Below are positions 10,196-20,300 of a stretch of DNA of 64,000 nt, in pieces (position 1 is the stretch's first letter; each line of letters opens with the position of its first letter). The notes under the pieces are model-generated. The model saw only the letters and a list, made by a program, of their open reading frames with translations, had not been told where the DNA came from and ran no database searches. The stretch comes from Escherichia phage vB_EcoM_PTE-Eco05, in sequence record PQ306573.1; one strand, 5' to 3'. A program made the translations under genes and the position numbers.

Positions 10196-10357
10196 ATGAG
10201 CCATAATCTTCAGAACGTAGTAGAGGCAGAACGTGAGCGTGAGGCTTTAGTCTATAATGAACTATTAGCCACGTTCTTGGCCTTACACTCGTATGAACAG
10301 GAAGACTACACTGATTACGTTAAAAGTGTAGAAAAAGCTGTTTACAATCAACACTGA
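10196..10357 (+). CDS. Hypothetical small acidic protein
   Basis: 53 aa from ATG 10196, directly after previous stop. Confidence 0.35.
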   Translation: MSHNLQNVVEAEREREALVYNELLATFLALHSYEQEDYTDYVKSVEKAVYNQH

Positions 10358-10403
10358 TAATGGTACTATACTCATATCAACTAAATGGAATGAATAAAAC
10401 GTT

Positions 10404-10676
10404 ATGAATAAAGATATTGAAATTGTACGTGAAATTATTACGGTTGCTTCTATTTTGATTAAATTCTCGAGGGAAGATATTGTTGAAGACCGAGCAAATT
10501 TCATCGGATTCTTGAATGAGATTGGAATTAAAAAAGATGGTCGGCAGCTAAATCAGAATTCGTTCAGAAAACTAATTACAAATTTAACCGCCGAAGAAAA
10601 GAAAACACTGATTAGTGAATTCAATGAAGGTTTTGAAAATATTTATCGCCATTTGACGATGTATTCTAACAACTAA
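10404..10676 (+). CDS. asiA: Anti-sigma70 factor AsiA
   Basis: 90 aa; near-identical to remembered T4 AsiA (MNKNIDxVREIITVASILIKFSREDIVE...). Confidence 0.92.
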   Translation: MNKDIEIVREIITVASILIKFSREDIVEDRANFIGFLNEIGIKKDGRQLNQNSFRKLITNLTAEEKKTLISEFNEGFENIYRHLTMYSNN

Positions 10677-11348
10677 TTATTTAGCCCGCCCTAATATCCT
10701 TGCTGCTTGGTTGCATATTGCAGCCAAGCGTTCTTCATTTAACACATCCGACCCCTTATACCAATACATAGAAACAGTTCCAGCATATATGTTATCCAAA
10801 TTGAAGTAAGGACAACTATACATATACGCCAGTTCCGGAGTTTTTGATTTGGTAGGTAAGAAAGCAAAATCTGTTTTAGAAGTAAAGTGAAGTCCACTTA
10901 AATGGACCGAATATTCTGCTGTCGTTTTATCAACAGGAAATCCTCCCATAGATTTTTCAGTTACTGTGCTAGGTAACTTACCTTCATACGCAATAAGGTC
11001 GACGAAATAATTTAGATTTTTAGGTCTGAAAGAATACACCGAACTAAAATCCGCCCTTGATGTGACGTGGACTATTTGTAGTTGTTCTAAAGCCGCAGAT
11101 TCAAATCGTGTATTTCTTTCTTTTTGAATTACTTCTGTGTAAGTATCATATTTCGACCTCACGTAATAATCCATAAAAATATTCCCTTTGTACCATATTA
11201 GTGCCATTAGGAACAAAAGAACTACAACAGCAACTCTTGAAATAAGAATATTTCCGGAGGCGTTATCTTTGAAAATGCGGTCTAGCAACCCAAATAAAAT
11301 ATCACTAGGCGAAAATGATACTTTTGGTGCTGCCATATTACCTCCCAT
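10677..11348 (-). CDS. t: Holin (lysis-inhibition-sensing holin T)
   Basis: 223 aa; N-terminal TM segment, large periplasmic domain, C-terminus ICNQAARILGRAK as in T4 T. Confidence 0.9.
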   Translation of the reverse strand: MGGNMAAPKVSFSPSDILFGLLDRIFKDNASGNILISRVAVVVLLFLMALIWYKGNIFMDYYVRSKYDTYTEVIQKERNTRFESAALEQLQIVHVTSRADFSSVYSFRPKNLNYFVDLIAYEGKLPSTVTEKSMGGFPVDKTTAEYSVHLSGLHFTSKTDFAFLPTKSKTPELAYMYSCPYFNLDNIYAGTVSMYWYKGSDVLNEERLAAICNQAARILGRAK

Positions 11349-11355
11349 TTATCAA

Positions 11356-11363
11356 TATTTATA
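11356..11363 (-). promoter_or_regulatory. Late promoter (TATAAATA) for t
   Basis: TATAAATA on - strand upstream of t start. Confidence 0.6.
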
Positions 11364-11381
11364 ATTGAGAGGTATTATCGT

Positions 11382-12167
11382 TTAAATCCAGGAGCCGTAG
11401 ATTGTGCCTGTAGCACCCCATGACGGTGAACTTCCGAATACTGCTCTGCCAGGAGAACCACCGCCGGATCTAGATAAGTGTTTACCCCATCCATCTCCGC
11501 CCCGACCTCCAGCATCACCGCCATTGCCTCCGCCGTATTGGGAAGTGTAACCGGCACTGCCCGGGGCGTCATAACTAGCATTACCGCCAGGCCAATTAAC
11601 GCCACCGCCGCCGAGGCCAAATGGTCTGCCGCCACCGCCACCTGCTGTAGCATTTGGCGCCCAGCTATTCTGTAATGACACTGCACCACCACCACCACCA
11701 CCTGATGCAATAACGCCATAGTTCCAAATACGAAGTCTTCCGCCGATATCATTTTGGATTACATCGCCACCATTTGTGCCTGGGTTTCCGTTTACAGTAC
11801 CGTTACCACCTCGTCCCCACATATGAACTCCACCATGAATATTCAAAGTAACATATTCATTTGGCGTATCGCCATACATAAAGAATAATGGAACATCTTT
11901 ACTATATGATACTAAATTTCCAGTGATATTAAACACTATAGGTGCACTACCTGCCTCAAAACATCTATCTCGGAACCATTGACCATTGAAGTTATGGTCT
12001 GCTCCAAGTGTGTGAATTACTTCAACAGATCGACCTATCATATTACTCATCCAAAACGGAATTCCCATTCTCAATCTCTGTGCGGCACCACCCATCCAAT
12101 TTTGTCCTGTATTAACTACTGCAGACGATCCTACCCACGGTCCTGTTACTGCCATATAAACCTCCAA
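11382..12167 (-). CDS. 38: Glycine-rich gp38 receptor-recognising adhesin (T2/T6 type)
   Basis: 261 aa; multiple poly-Gly runs (GGGGG) separating variable segments; sits between 37 and t. Confidence 0.75.
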   Translation of the reverse strand: MEVYMAVTGPWVGSSAVVNTGQNWMGGAAQRLRMGIPFWMSNMIGRSVEVIHTLGADHNFNGQWFRDRCFEAGSAPIVFNITGNLVSYSKDVPLFFMYGDTPNEYVTLNIHGGVHMWGRGGNGTVNGNPGTNGGDVIQNDIGGRLRIWNYGVIASGGGGGGAVSLQNSWAPNATAGGGGGRPFGLGGGGVNWPGGNASYDAPGSAGYTSQYGGGNGGDAGGRGGDGWGKHLSRSGGGSPGRAVFGSSPSWGATGTIYGSWI

Positions 12168-12180
12168 GGGCCGAAGCCCC
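12168..12180 (-). other. Intercistronic UUCG-tetraloop RNA hairpin between 37 stop and 38 RBS
   Basis: - strand GGGGC-TTCG-GCCC followed by GGAGG RBS. Confidence 0.5.
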
Positions 12181-12185
12181 TCTTA

Positions 12186-15100
12186 TTATTTTAACAATGA
12201 TTTAACTAATGCTTTAAGTTCTTCAATTTCTGATTTAAGTTCCGCAATTTCTGTAGTATGTTCATTTATTGCAGCTGTATTTAAACCAATTACACCGTTA
12301 TAGTTCAAACGAAGTAAAGCTTCGCCATCGGGGTCACCTTCAACTAATTCTGGTAAAATAGCTTGAACTTCTTGGGCTATCAAACCGGCGTTAGGTTCCC
12401 ATTTCTGATTGCCTTCTTCGTCCGTTCCACGTTTCTGCATATAAGTGTAACCGTTAATTTTAGAAAGCTTCTCAGAAGCATTTTCAAATTTAACAAGGTC
12501 TTTTTTAACACGAATATCAGAACGGACATAAACATCACGGACAAACGTTGAATAACTATCATTTGCCTGAACGAGATGCCCATGAGAAACGATAGCTCTT
12601 CCAACTTCTGTCCAAAAAGCACCGGTTGAATCCCAAAGCCCAGGATGAGATTGATAGCCTGCTCCCCAGTTTGCAATATGTATACCATTGGCAACCATAT
12701 TGATTCGGCCGTCACCACCATGAACTAATCCGGTGTCATTATCACCAATAACAACACATGCGCCTGTCCATGCAGGGTCACCTCCACCAGCTGATATTCT
12801 TACTCCAGCTTTAACCATGTCAGGAACGTACATGTTTCCATTATGGTGGAATTCGAAGATAGCTTGTGGGTCGGAACCGTTTTCCTGATTACCTACACGA
12901 ATAATACCTTGTGCCCAGTTATTAGGAATGCGTCGCATACCAAAATCAACACCAGATACGTATCCATCATTCGTAATAACAGATTTTCCTTTGATAATTG
13001 GATAATAACTATCATTACCGACGTAGCCAAAATCCACAAATACGGGAGCTTCCTGGCGCCATTGATTTCCCCAATCGCCGGCCTGGTGTGCGGTCCAGAC
13101 CGACCCATTTATATAAATTCGGTCCCTATTAAAATTAAAAGTGGCAGTCCCTTCCGGGTTTAAAGCAATATCACCACCATTATTAACATATATGCCTGAT
13201 CTATTTTGGAAACTATAAAACGATATGGCATTATCAGCACCACCATTACCTACATACCAGTTATCAACGCCTGCTTTTTGTCCTTTCAAATAGCCAGATT
13301 CGGTTGCCGTGCTATTAATAACGATGGCATCAGAGTTTGCATTAAGAGTTAAGCGACCTGTCATCGTGTCGCCTTCTTTAGAAACACGGGTAGCTATTGC
13401 ATCGCGAATATTTGTAGTGTCTCCTGCTGAAGTAAACGATTTCCAAATATCCGAGAAAATATTACCATTACGAGCAATAGTAGCTTCACCGCCGCCGACC
13501 TGAACGTTATCTGGGAAGTTAACAGTACCGTCTTGATTAAAACGAGACGTATGGCCTTGTGAACCATCTTCTTTCAGATGATGAATAACGAATGTACCCG
13601 AACTAATTTCAGTACCTAAAGACCAAACAGCTTTACCATTTAAAAACTTCTGTTTAACAATAGGATAATATTTGCTTACAGCATCATCATCAATTTCCTG
13701 GAAAATAGGAGCCGCTTGAGCATATTGAATATCATAACCACCAGCGCCTGCGCCATGACCAGTAAATTTAATATAGCCGTTTGCTGCGAACGTATTGTAA
13801 CTTGATTGTAAATCTGGAATAGTAACTTTACCAGTATCTAAAGCCATACTAAACGGGCGAAGTGGACCGATATCACCATTTTTGCCTTCACCATAAGCAG
13901 TCGGAATAATATGAAGACTACCTTCTGAACGTCTAAAAATGGCTCCATAATCTGCGTTCCAAATACGAAGCGCATTCACTGCTCCAGATGAAATTTCGCC
14001 TGTTGTGTGAACTCCTCTATTTCCAGCAGTAACACCAGATGATTCAAATGAACCGTTAACGTTCATTTCTACTTCACCTGTTGTAAGTCTTTGAATATAG
14101 CTCATCCAACTAGTTGCATCAGAAATTTCCATGACGTTTTTACGATTACCTACACTAGGATTAGTAAACGTATTGCCCCACACAGAAATTGTCATATTAT
14201 CAACTGAACTAGCTCCGGTCGTGTTACCTCTAAACATCAGTGTAGAAGCATTATTTCTACCATCGATATTAACAGAACCACCAATAACGTCAATATTACC
14301 AGGAGTAACTAACAAACCGCCGTGAGTATTAATGTTTGTGGTACCCTTGCCGCGGAAATAATGATGATAGTTACCGCCTTGATAATATCCTAAAAGAGTC
14401 TGACCATCTCCAAACGCGTTATTATCGTGATATGTCACGACAGTAGCGAGAGCATAGTTTTCAGTTGGAGGAGTAGTTAAATCGGTTCCGTTAGTAGAAT
14501 ATCCAGCTACAAATTTTCTTAGGCTAGTTGTTTCGCTGGGACTAAATAAAAATGTTTTCGTTCCATTATTAACGCTAAAATAATATCCATCTTGATGCCA
14601 TTTAAATCCAGTATCATTATCGCCAAGAGAAATTGAAGCAGTCCCTAATTCAGAGTATCCTTTATTGCCACCAGGAGTACCAACAGAAATAGAATGGCCT
14701 GCTTTCAATCCACCTGACCAGGTAAACGACCAAAGATAAGTGTCTAAGCCATCTCCAGTATACCAAGTTATTCCATCATTATCTTTAACTTCATGGAATA
14801 CACCAGCGCCTACAGCATTGCGCATAACACGGAGATGATTAATAGCAGTAGTGCTTTCAGACAATGGAACGTTGTCTGCCATAGAATAAATGTCATAATC
14901 GCTCGTAGATTTATTATTAGTAATAACTCTATTTGTCAAAATCTGAGGAGTTGACATAGATTTCCATGCTGATACTTCAGGTGAAGTAAATAGTCCACTG
15001 CCCGAAAATGCATAGGTGCTTTCATCACCAGCGGCGTAGTCTTTAACGCGGATATTAACTACTTGCGTAGTTAATCCATCATTAGCCGGTGCATAAATAA

Positions 15101-15497
15101 TGCCACGTTCACGATCAGCCGAATCATGAAAACGAACATGTGCTGTACCTGAACTTTTTGTAATAAGTTCACCGCCTTCGGTCATAATCTGCCCAGCGGC
15201 AATAATATCACGAGTTACTCGAGCAATACCGGTTAAATTAAAATTACCTGTCTGAGTGAAGGTGCCATTTAAAGTATAATCGCCAGTTTGGTTATAATTG
15301 CCAGTATGAATAACATTCCCGTCAATACTACCACCTTTAGCAAAACCCAGATCAATAATATTTCCTTGGTCATCTTTAGTAAAAAGTACACGGTCTTTTA
15401 AGTTTATAGCCAATTCACCTTCGGCTAATACTGAAGCGGCAGGACGTGCTCCTGCAGTTTTGCTTCTTTTAAATTGTATTTGTTTTAAAGTAGCCAT
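12186..15497 (-). CDS. 37: Long tail fibre distal subunit gp37 with C-terminal intramolecular chaperone (peptidase S74-like) domain
   Basis: 1103 aa; C-terminal ~112 aa beginning SDIRVKKDL...NAGLIAQEVQ, coiled-coil tail; gene order 34-35-36-37. Confidence 0.9.
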   Translation of the reverse strand: MATLKQIQFKRSKTAGARPAASVLAEGELAINLKDRVLFTKDDQGNIIDLGFAKGGSIDGNVIHTGNYNQTGDYTLNGTFTQTGNFNLTGIARVTRDIIAAGQIMTEGGELITKSSGTAHVRFHDSADRERGIIYAPANDGLTTQVVNIRVKDYAAGDESTYAFSGSGLFTSPEVSAWKSMSTPQILTNRVITNNKSTSDYDIYSMADNVPLSESTTAINHLRVMRNAVGAGVFHEVKDNDGITWYTGDGLDTYLWSFTWSGGLKAGHSISVGTPGGNKGYSELGTASISLGDNDTGFKWHQDGYYFSVNNGTKTFLFSPSETTSLRKFVAGYSTNGTDLTTPPTENYALATVVTYHDNNAFGDGQTLLGYYQGGNYHHYFRGKGTTNINTHGGLLVTPGNIDVIGGSVNIDGRNNASTLMFRGNTTGASSVDNMTISVWGNTFTNPSVGNRKNVMEISDATSWMSYIQRLTTGEVEMNVNGSFESSGVTAGNRGVHTTGEISSGAVNALRIWNADYGAIFRRSEGSLHIIPTAYGEGKNGDIGPLRPFSMALDTGKVTIPDLQSSYNTFAANGYIKFTGHGAGAGGYDIQYAQAAPIFQEIDDDAVSKYYPIVKQKFLNGKAVWSLGTEISSGTFVIHHLKEDGSQGHTSRFNQDGTVNFPDNVQVGGGEATIARNGNIFSDIWKSFTSAGDTTNIRDAIATRVSKEGDTMTGRLTLNANSDAIVINSTATESGYLKGQKAGVDNWYVGNGGADNAISFYSFQNRSGIYVNNGGDIALNPEGTATFNFNRDRIYINGSVWTAHQAGDWGNQWRQEAPVFVDFGYVGNDSYYPIIKGKSVITNDGYVSGVDFGMRRIPNNWAQGIIRVGNQENGSDPQAIFEFHHNGNMYVPDMVKAGVRISAGGGDPAWTGACVVIGDNDTGLVHGGDGRINMVANGIHIANWGAGYQSHPGLWDSTGAFWTEVGRAIVSHGHLVQANDSYSTFVRDVYVRSDIRVKKDLVKFENASEKLSKINGYTYMQKRGTDEEGNQKWEPNAGLIAQEVQAILPELVEGDPDGEALLRLNYNGVIGLNTAAINEHTTEIAELKSEIEELKALVKSLLK

Positions 15498-15505
15498 AAG
15501 TCCTC

Positions 15506-16213
15506 TTAATAATAGCCGAAATCTTGAACAGAATCCTTAATAACAATTTGGTCAAATCGTGGAACATGTGAGGGTTGAGATGCAGGATTCTGTGAGAAAA
15601 AGTTTGGGGCAGTTAGCGCGCCGGTCATCGTATCTCCTGAACGGAGTACACGACTGTTTGCATTAGCATTAACTGTATTTATTTGACTATCAACATAATC
15701 TTTGCGAGTAAGGTCGTAATTATTTAAAGGTGCTAACGTTGTGGCTCTGAATTGAGATGCTTCAATAACGCCTTTAGAACTTATATTACCGGTGCGAGTA
15801 TCAATTACAACAGTTCTTTCACCTGTACCTTGAGATGATTTAAACCCAATACCATACCACGAAACAATATCCATGTTTGTTTGGTCGAATGTCGCGGCGT
15901 CAGCACCACCAGAAAAAATACCATTCGTTTGGTCATCTGCTGTTTTGACTGCAACACCTTCGTTAAAGATTACCTTTTTGAGATATGTCCCACCATTTGC
16001 TTTAGATACGAAATCGTTATCAGCCGCTTTTGGCTTGTTATATTCGGTGTATAATTTAAATGTTTTATATAGGATGTCATCGCCAGCTGGCATTAAAGGA
16101 AAATTGCCTTGATGCCATATGACGGAACCACCAACTGTACTTCCGGCTTTTAAATCGGCCATTTCGTGTCTCCTTATTAATATTAAAGTATTTATACGCG
16201 AAAAGGAGACCAA
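15506..16213 (-). CDS. 36: Long tail fibre distal connector gp36
   Basis: 235 aa; position between 35 and 37. Confidence 0.8.
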   Translation of the reverse strand: MVSFSRINTLILIRRHEMADLKAGSTVGGSVIWHQGNFPLMPAGDDILYKTFKLYTEYNKPKAADNDFVSKANGGTYLKKVIFNEGVAVKTADDQTNGIFSGGADAATFDQTNMDIVSWYGIGFKSSQGTGERTVVIDTRTGNISSKGVIEASQFRATTLAPLNNYDLTRKDYVDSQINTVNANANSRVLRSGDTMTGALTAPNFFSQNPASQPSHVPRFDQIVIKDSVQDFGYY

Positions 16214-16221
16214 AGTCTCCT

Positions 16222-17346
16222 TTATTCTGTGTACTCTTTAAATTCCTGCCCAAATACCTTACCTGTGTCGTTAGATAACTGAGTAGGCAAGTCCATTATA
16301 TCATTACCGGTTAATGATTCATCAATGTAATTAACACGAATACCGTTTATACCAAACTCGGCGGGTTTTGCTATACTTCCGTTACATGATACTTCAGTGA
16401 AAATAACATTTCTTAGTCCACCTTGACCGACTGAGGCCGTACGGTAACAATATACTGTAAAGCCATCAGCTTCAGCTGGTATTTCAACGTATTCTTCATA
16501 TAGCTTCCACTCCCGGGCAGTTCCATCAAAGTTTATATCTTTAGATGATATAGGAGAGCTAGATGGAGACTTAAAGAAACGAATTGAAAGTCTTGTGGTT
16601 CCTTCCTCTAATAATTCTTCATCAGCCATTAATTGAAATTTCAAATAAAGAAAATCTGTAGGCTTTAATCCATAGTTTGCGATAGGAGTAACAAGGGATG
16701 ATGTAGGCATCCTTTTTATTTCATTGTTAGTTCCTCCAACAGGAGATAAAAACGTTTCTAGAGCTTCATATGTACGTCTAGGATAGCCGGTAGCACCTAT
16801 ATCAGCAATAGAGTCATATACAATATCTAATGGAGTTGCGTAATCAGAAATTGTTTTCTTATTACTGTATTTTATGTGTTCTAATGCAATAGTATTTTTA
16901 CCTGAAACATAAAACGCTGAATATGAAATATCAACAAGACTAGCAACTTCAATCGACGGTATAACTGAACTCCCAGCAGCTTTAAACCATTCAATTATTT
17001 CTGGCGGCAAATTAAATTTGTTATTAGAAATAAATGCGAAAATGAAATTATCTGCGTATGTGTTAACAAACGAAATAAATGCAGCTGAAGTTGCATTATT
17101 TGTAGGCGCAAAATTGTATAATTTACTATCAACTATAGTTCCATTTTCCGGATTTATCACCCTAACATTTAGTCCAATACCAAAAGACTGCAACCCTAAA
17201 GGCTCATTTTGGAATAAAATATACGGATTAGTTGTTGAAAGCGGGCATGAACCCGCTATACTTAGCTTAAATCTAACTGAATTGCTTTCCGATAAAAACG
17301 GCGTTTGGACGTATCCCTGTCCAAACCTTGCCATAAATTTTTCCAT
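16222..17346 (-). CDS. 35: Long tail fibre hinge protein gp35
   Basis: 374 aa; position between 34 and 36. Confidence 0.8.
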   Translation of the reverse strand: MEKFMARFGQGYVQTPFLSESNSVRFKLSIAGSCPLSTTNPYILFQNEPLGLQSFGIGLNVRVINPENGTIVDSKLYNFAPTNNATSAAFISFVNTYADNFIFAFISNNKFNLPPEIIEWFKAAGSSVIPSIEVASLVDISYSAFYVSGKNTIALEHIKYSNKKTISDYATPLDIVYDSIADIGATGYPRRTYEALETFLSPVGGTNNEIKRMPTSSLVTPIANYGLKPTDFLYLKFQLMADEELLEEGTTRLSIRFFKSPSSSPISSKDINFDGTAREWKLYEEYVEIPAEADGFTVYCYRTASVGQGGLRNVIFTEVSCNGSIAKPAEFGINGIRVNYIDESLTGNDIMDLPTQLSNDTGKVFGQEFKEYTE

Positions 17347-17354
17347 ATAACCTC

Positions 17355-20300
17355 TTATTCAACCCATATAAATTTAACTGTTTTGTTAACCGGGTCTGGA
17401 ACAATTCTCACATTTCCTAATTGTAAGAAGTCTCGAACAGTAAGGTTTCCAATAACAGCATTATCAGATGGGATAGCACCGACATCGCTAGGTGAAGGTG
17501 GGTTGCCACTATCAAATACCATTGCAAATGAAGTCCAAGCATCTTTATTTTTCTGCCAGGTACGAGTATAACGAATACTACCACCATTTGCACCTGTAGG
17601 ATAACAAATCCAATCCTGATAAAGCGAATCTAAGCTATTGCCGAATTGAGTCAAAGTACCAGGATATTTAATTTCTTGGTCACGGTTACCTTTGTTATCA
17701 CGCGTCCAGTATCCAGGGAATTGGCTATATACAGCAGAATCGTTAATGTCAATAGACCAAAAACCTACAGTAGAAGCTGTTGGTTTATCGGTATAAACAG
17801 TGGCAGTTTGAACGCCGTTAGAAATAATTCTGTTATTTACAGTTAACCCACCGGTAGTTATTGTTGCACCACTTGTGATTTGAACACCATTGTCAAGACG
17901 AACTAAGCCTGTGGCGTTGTTAATCGTGATCGGGCGTAAGTTATTAAACGTCCCGGTCTGGTCACCTGAGTTAGTTAATGCAATATAAGAACTGTTACCA
18001 GCGTTATAAAGCATAACACCATAGTTACCGTTAATAGCTCTGAATGCAATAGGAGAACTAGAAACAATTTCGCCTGTAGCACTAATAGGCCCGGTAAAAG
18101 TAGAAACACCTGTAACATTTAATCCATTTGTAGAAACAATACCTGTTGAATAAAGTGTTCCATTAATATTAAATGATACTTTATTATCAGCAGCGCGCTG
18201 AGAATAGAAATGGTATCCGGTTTCGTCACCCGCTTCAAATACTGTATCACGGGCACCATCTGTAGCGCTATTGCCCCATGCTCTAACAACGAAATTCTCT
18301 TTATTACTAAGAGATTGGGTTCCTTTAGTGAAAACTATTTCGGAACCGCTAGAGTCATTAAGAGTTAATCTACGAGTAACAGATGCTTCGGAACCAAAAG
18401 AAGCAGTGCTTGTAGATACTAAAGGAGCACTCAGGTTGGTCTGTTTAGTAAGACTTAAAGAACCATTAACCGTCTGGTCGATGTCTCTACGGATGAACTG
18501 AAGAGAATCTAGACCATCTAACAAATTACTATCAGCTGCTTTAGCTTTCAACGGTAAGTAGTTAGCAAGTACACGGTTTAATTCATATGGAGAAATAGCA
18601 TAACTATTTTTCTCATAAAGATTCAAATCCTGGGTATTACCTTGAGTATCGTCACCGACAAATGTAATAGAACCAGATGAAGTTTTAACGAATCCACGAA
18701 TTGCCGTAGTAGCAGTCCATGATGGTTCTGATTGAACAATCCATTTTAAATTCTTAGGTGATACAGCAGTATTAGCAGAAGTTCCCGTTACAGTTTCATC
18801 TTGAGTAGCAACCTTAATCACGCCTTCAGACGTTTCAGTGGACTTAGTCCCTAAAAGCTTTTTAGGAGTAATAAGAACATCATCTAAAGTTCCTGCATTA
18901 GATTCTGCCTGGGTCGCTACGCGAAGTGTACCGCGTTGTGTTTCATTTGCTTTAGAAATATCAAGAGTATAATGGTTCCACAAGGTTCCTTCTTCAATAA
19001 GTCCGGAATCAGAATTAACACTGGTACGGTCAGAAGAATCAAAATGAGTTTTAATTTTCAGTGGAGACGAGATACGAGTATCGTCAGTTCCAGTATCAAA
19101 TTCAACTTGCGTAGCAATTTCGGCTATGCCAGATAATCCTTCCGTAGCTTTCCTATCATTTAACGTCTTAGGCGTTACTGCTCTAGTATAATCAGTTCCA
19201 GTGTTAGTTTCTGCTTGCGTAGCAATTTCAATTAAACCAATACGACCATCAGTAGAAGTTTTCTTATGCAGAGTTTCAGGGGTCACTACAGCATTAGCCC
19301 AACCGGCTTGTGATTCGCCAGCGATAACTTCACTTTCAATAGCAAGAATTACTGCACCCTGCTGAGTAGGGGTAGCTTTATACTGGTCAAGAGCCTTTGG
19401 AGAAATAGTTAAATTATCTACGGCTTTGTTATAAACGTTAGTCCCAGCATTACCGCGAATAGTAGCAGCTGTAGTACCAGTCGTAGATGTGTATTTTACA
19501 ATACCAGATAAAACTTCAGAACCTTGACGGGCATCCAATTTCTTAGGAGTAATAATAGTGGTATCATCTGTGCCAGCATTAGTTTCAGCCTGAGTTGCAA
19601 CTTCAGCAACACCTCTACGGGTTTCAGTTGCTGTACGTTCATTCAATTTCTTAGGAGAAATAATCAAATCATCCTGGAATGCAAAATCGGTATTCTGGTT
19701 AACTTGTGCAGTTGTTGCAATACGAGCAATACCACGACGAGTTTCAGTTGCTGTACGATTTGCTAATGTTTCTGGAGTAATAGCCAGTTCTTTACCAGGA
19801 GCATTTTCTAAATCAACATTTGCTTGCGCTTGAGAAGCAAGAGCAATAACACCTAAACGAGCTCGAGTTGTATTGCTCGATGCATCGACTCGTTCGACGG
19901 TTACAGTGTTTTGTTGAACTACCCAATATTTTGTTTCAGATGAATAATCTTCTATATAAGCTAACTCAAGTACAGGTACATACGAAGTATCACCATTAAA
20001 TTCCAGCTCACTAACAGAAACCCATTGTGCATCAGGTGGATACTCCGAACGTTTTGGGAACTGTAATAAAGAAATACTGCTAGCAATTGTATCGCCTTCA
20101 GCAGCTTTAATTTTTACAGTTTGCCCTTTACGCATGTAATTCAACGATATTTTAACAGTATCGCCAGACAAAATATCTGTAGGCAAAGTAAGATTTACCG
20201 TCGAGATTGTATTATTATCAGTTCCAAAAACAAGAACTTCTTCATTAGGGTGTAAATCAGTATCATTACGAACTATACGTAAACGAGATTTCTGGTCACC

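Noticed and set aside
11375-11752. Minus-strand 125-aa ORF and plus-strand 65-aa ORF overlapping gene 38
   Set aside because: Alternate-frame readings of the glycine-codon-rich adhesin gene (Gly/Ala/Val-rich artefacts).
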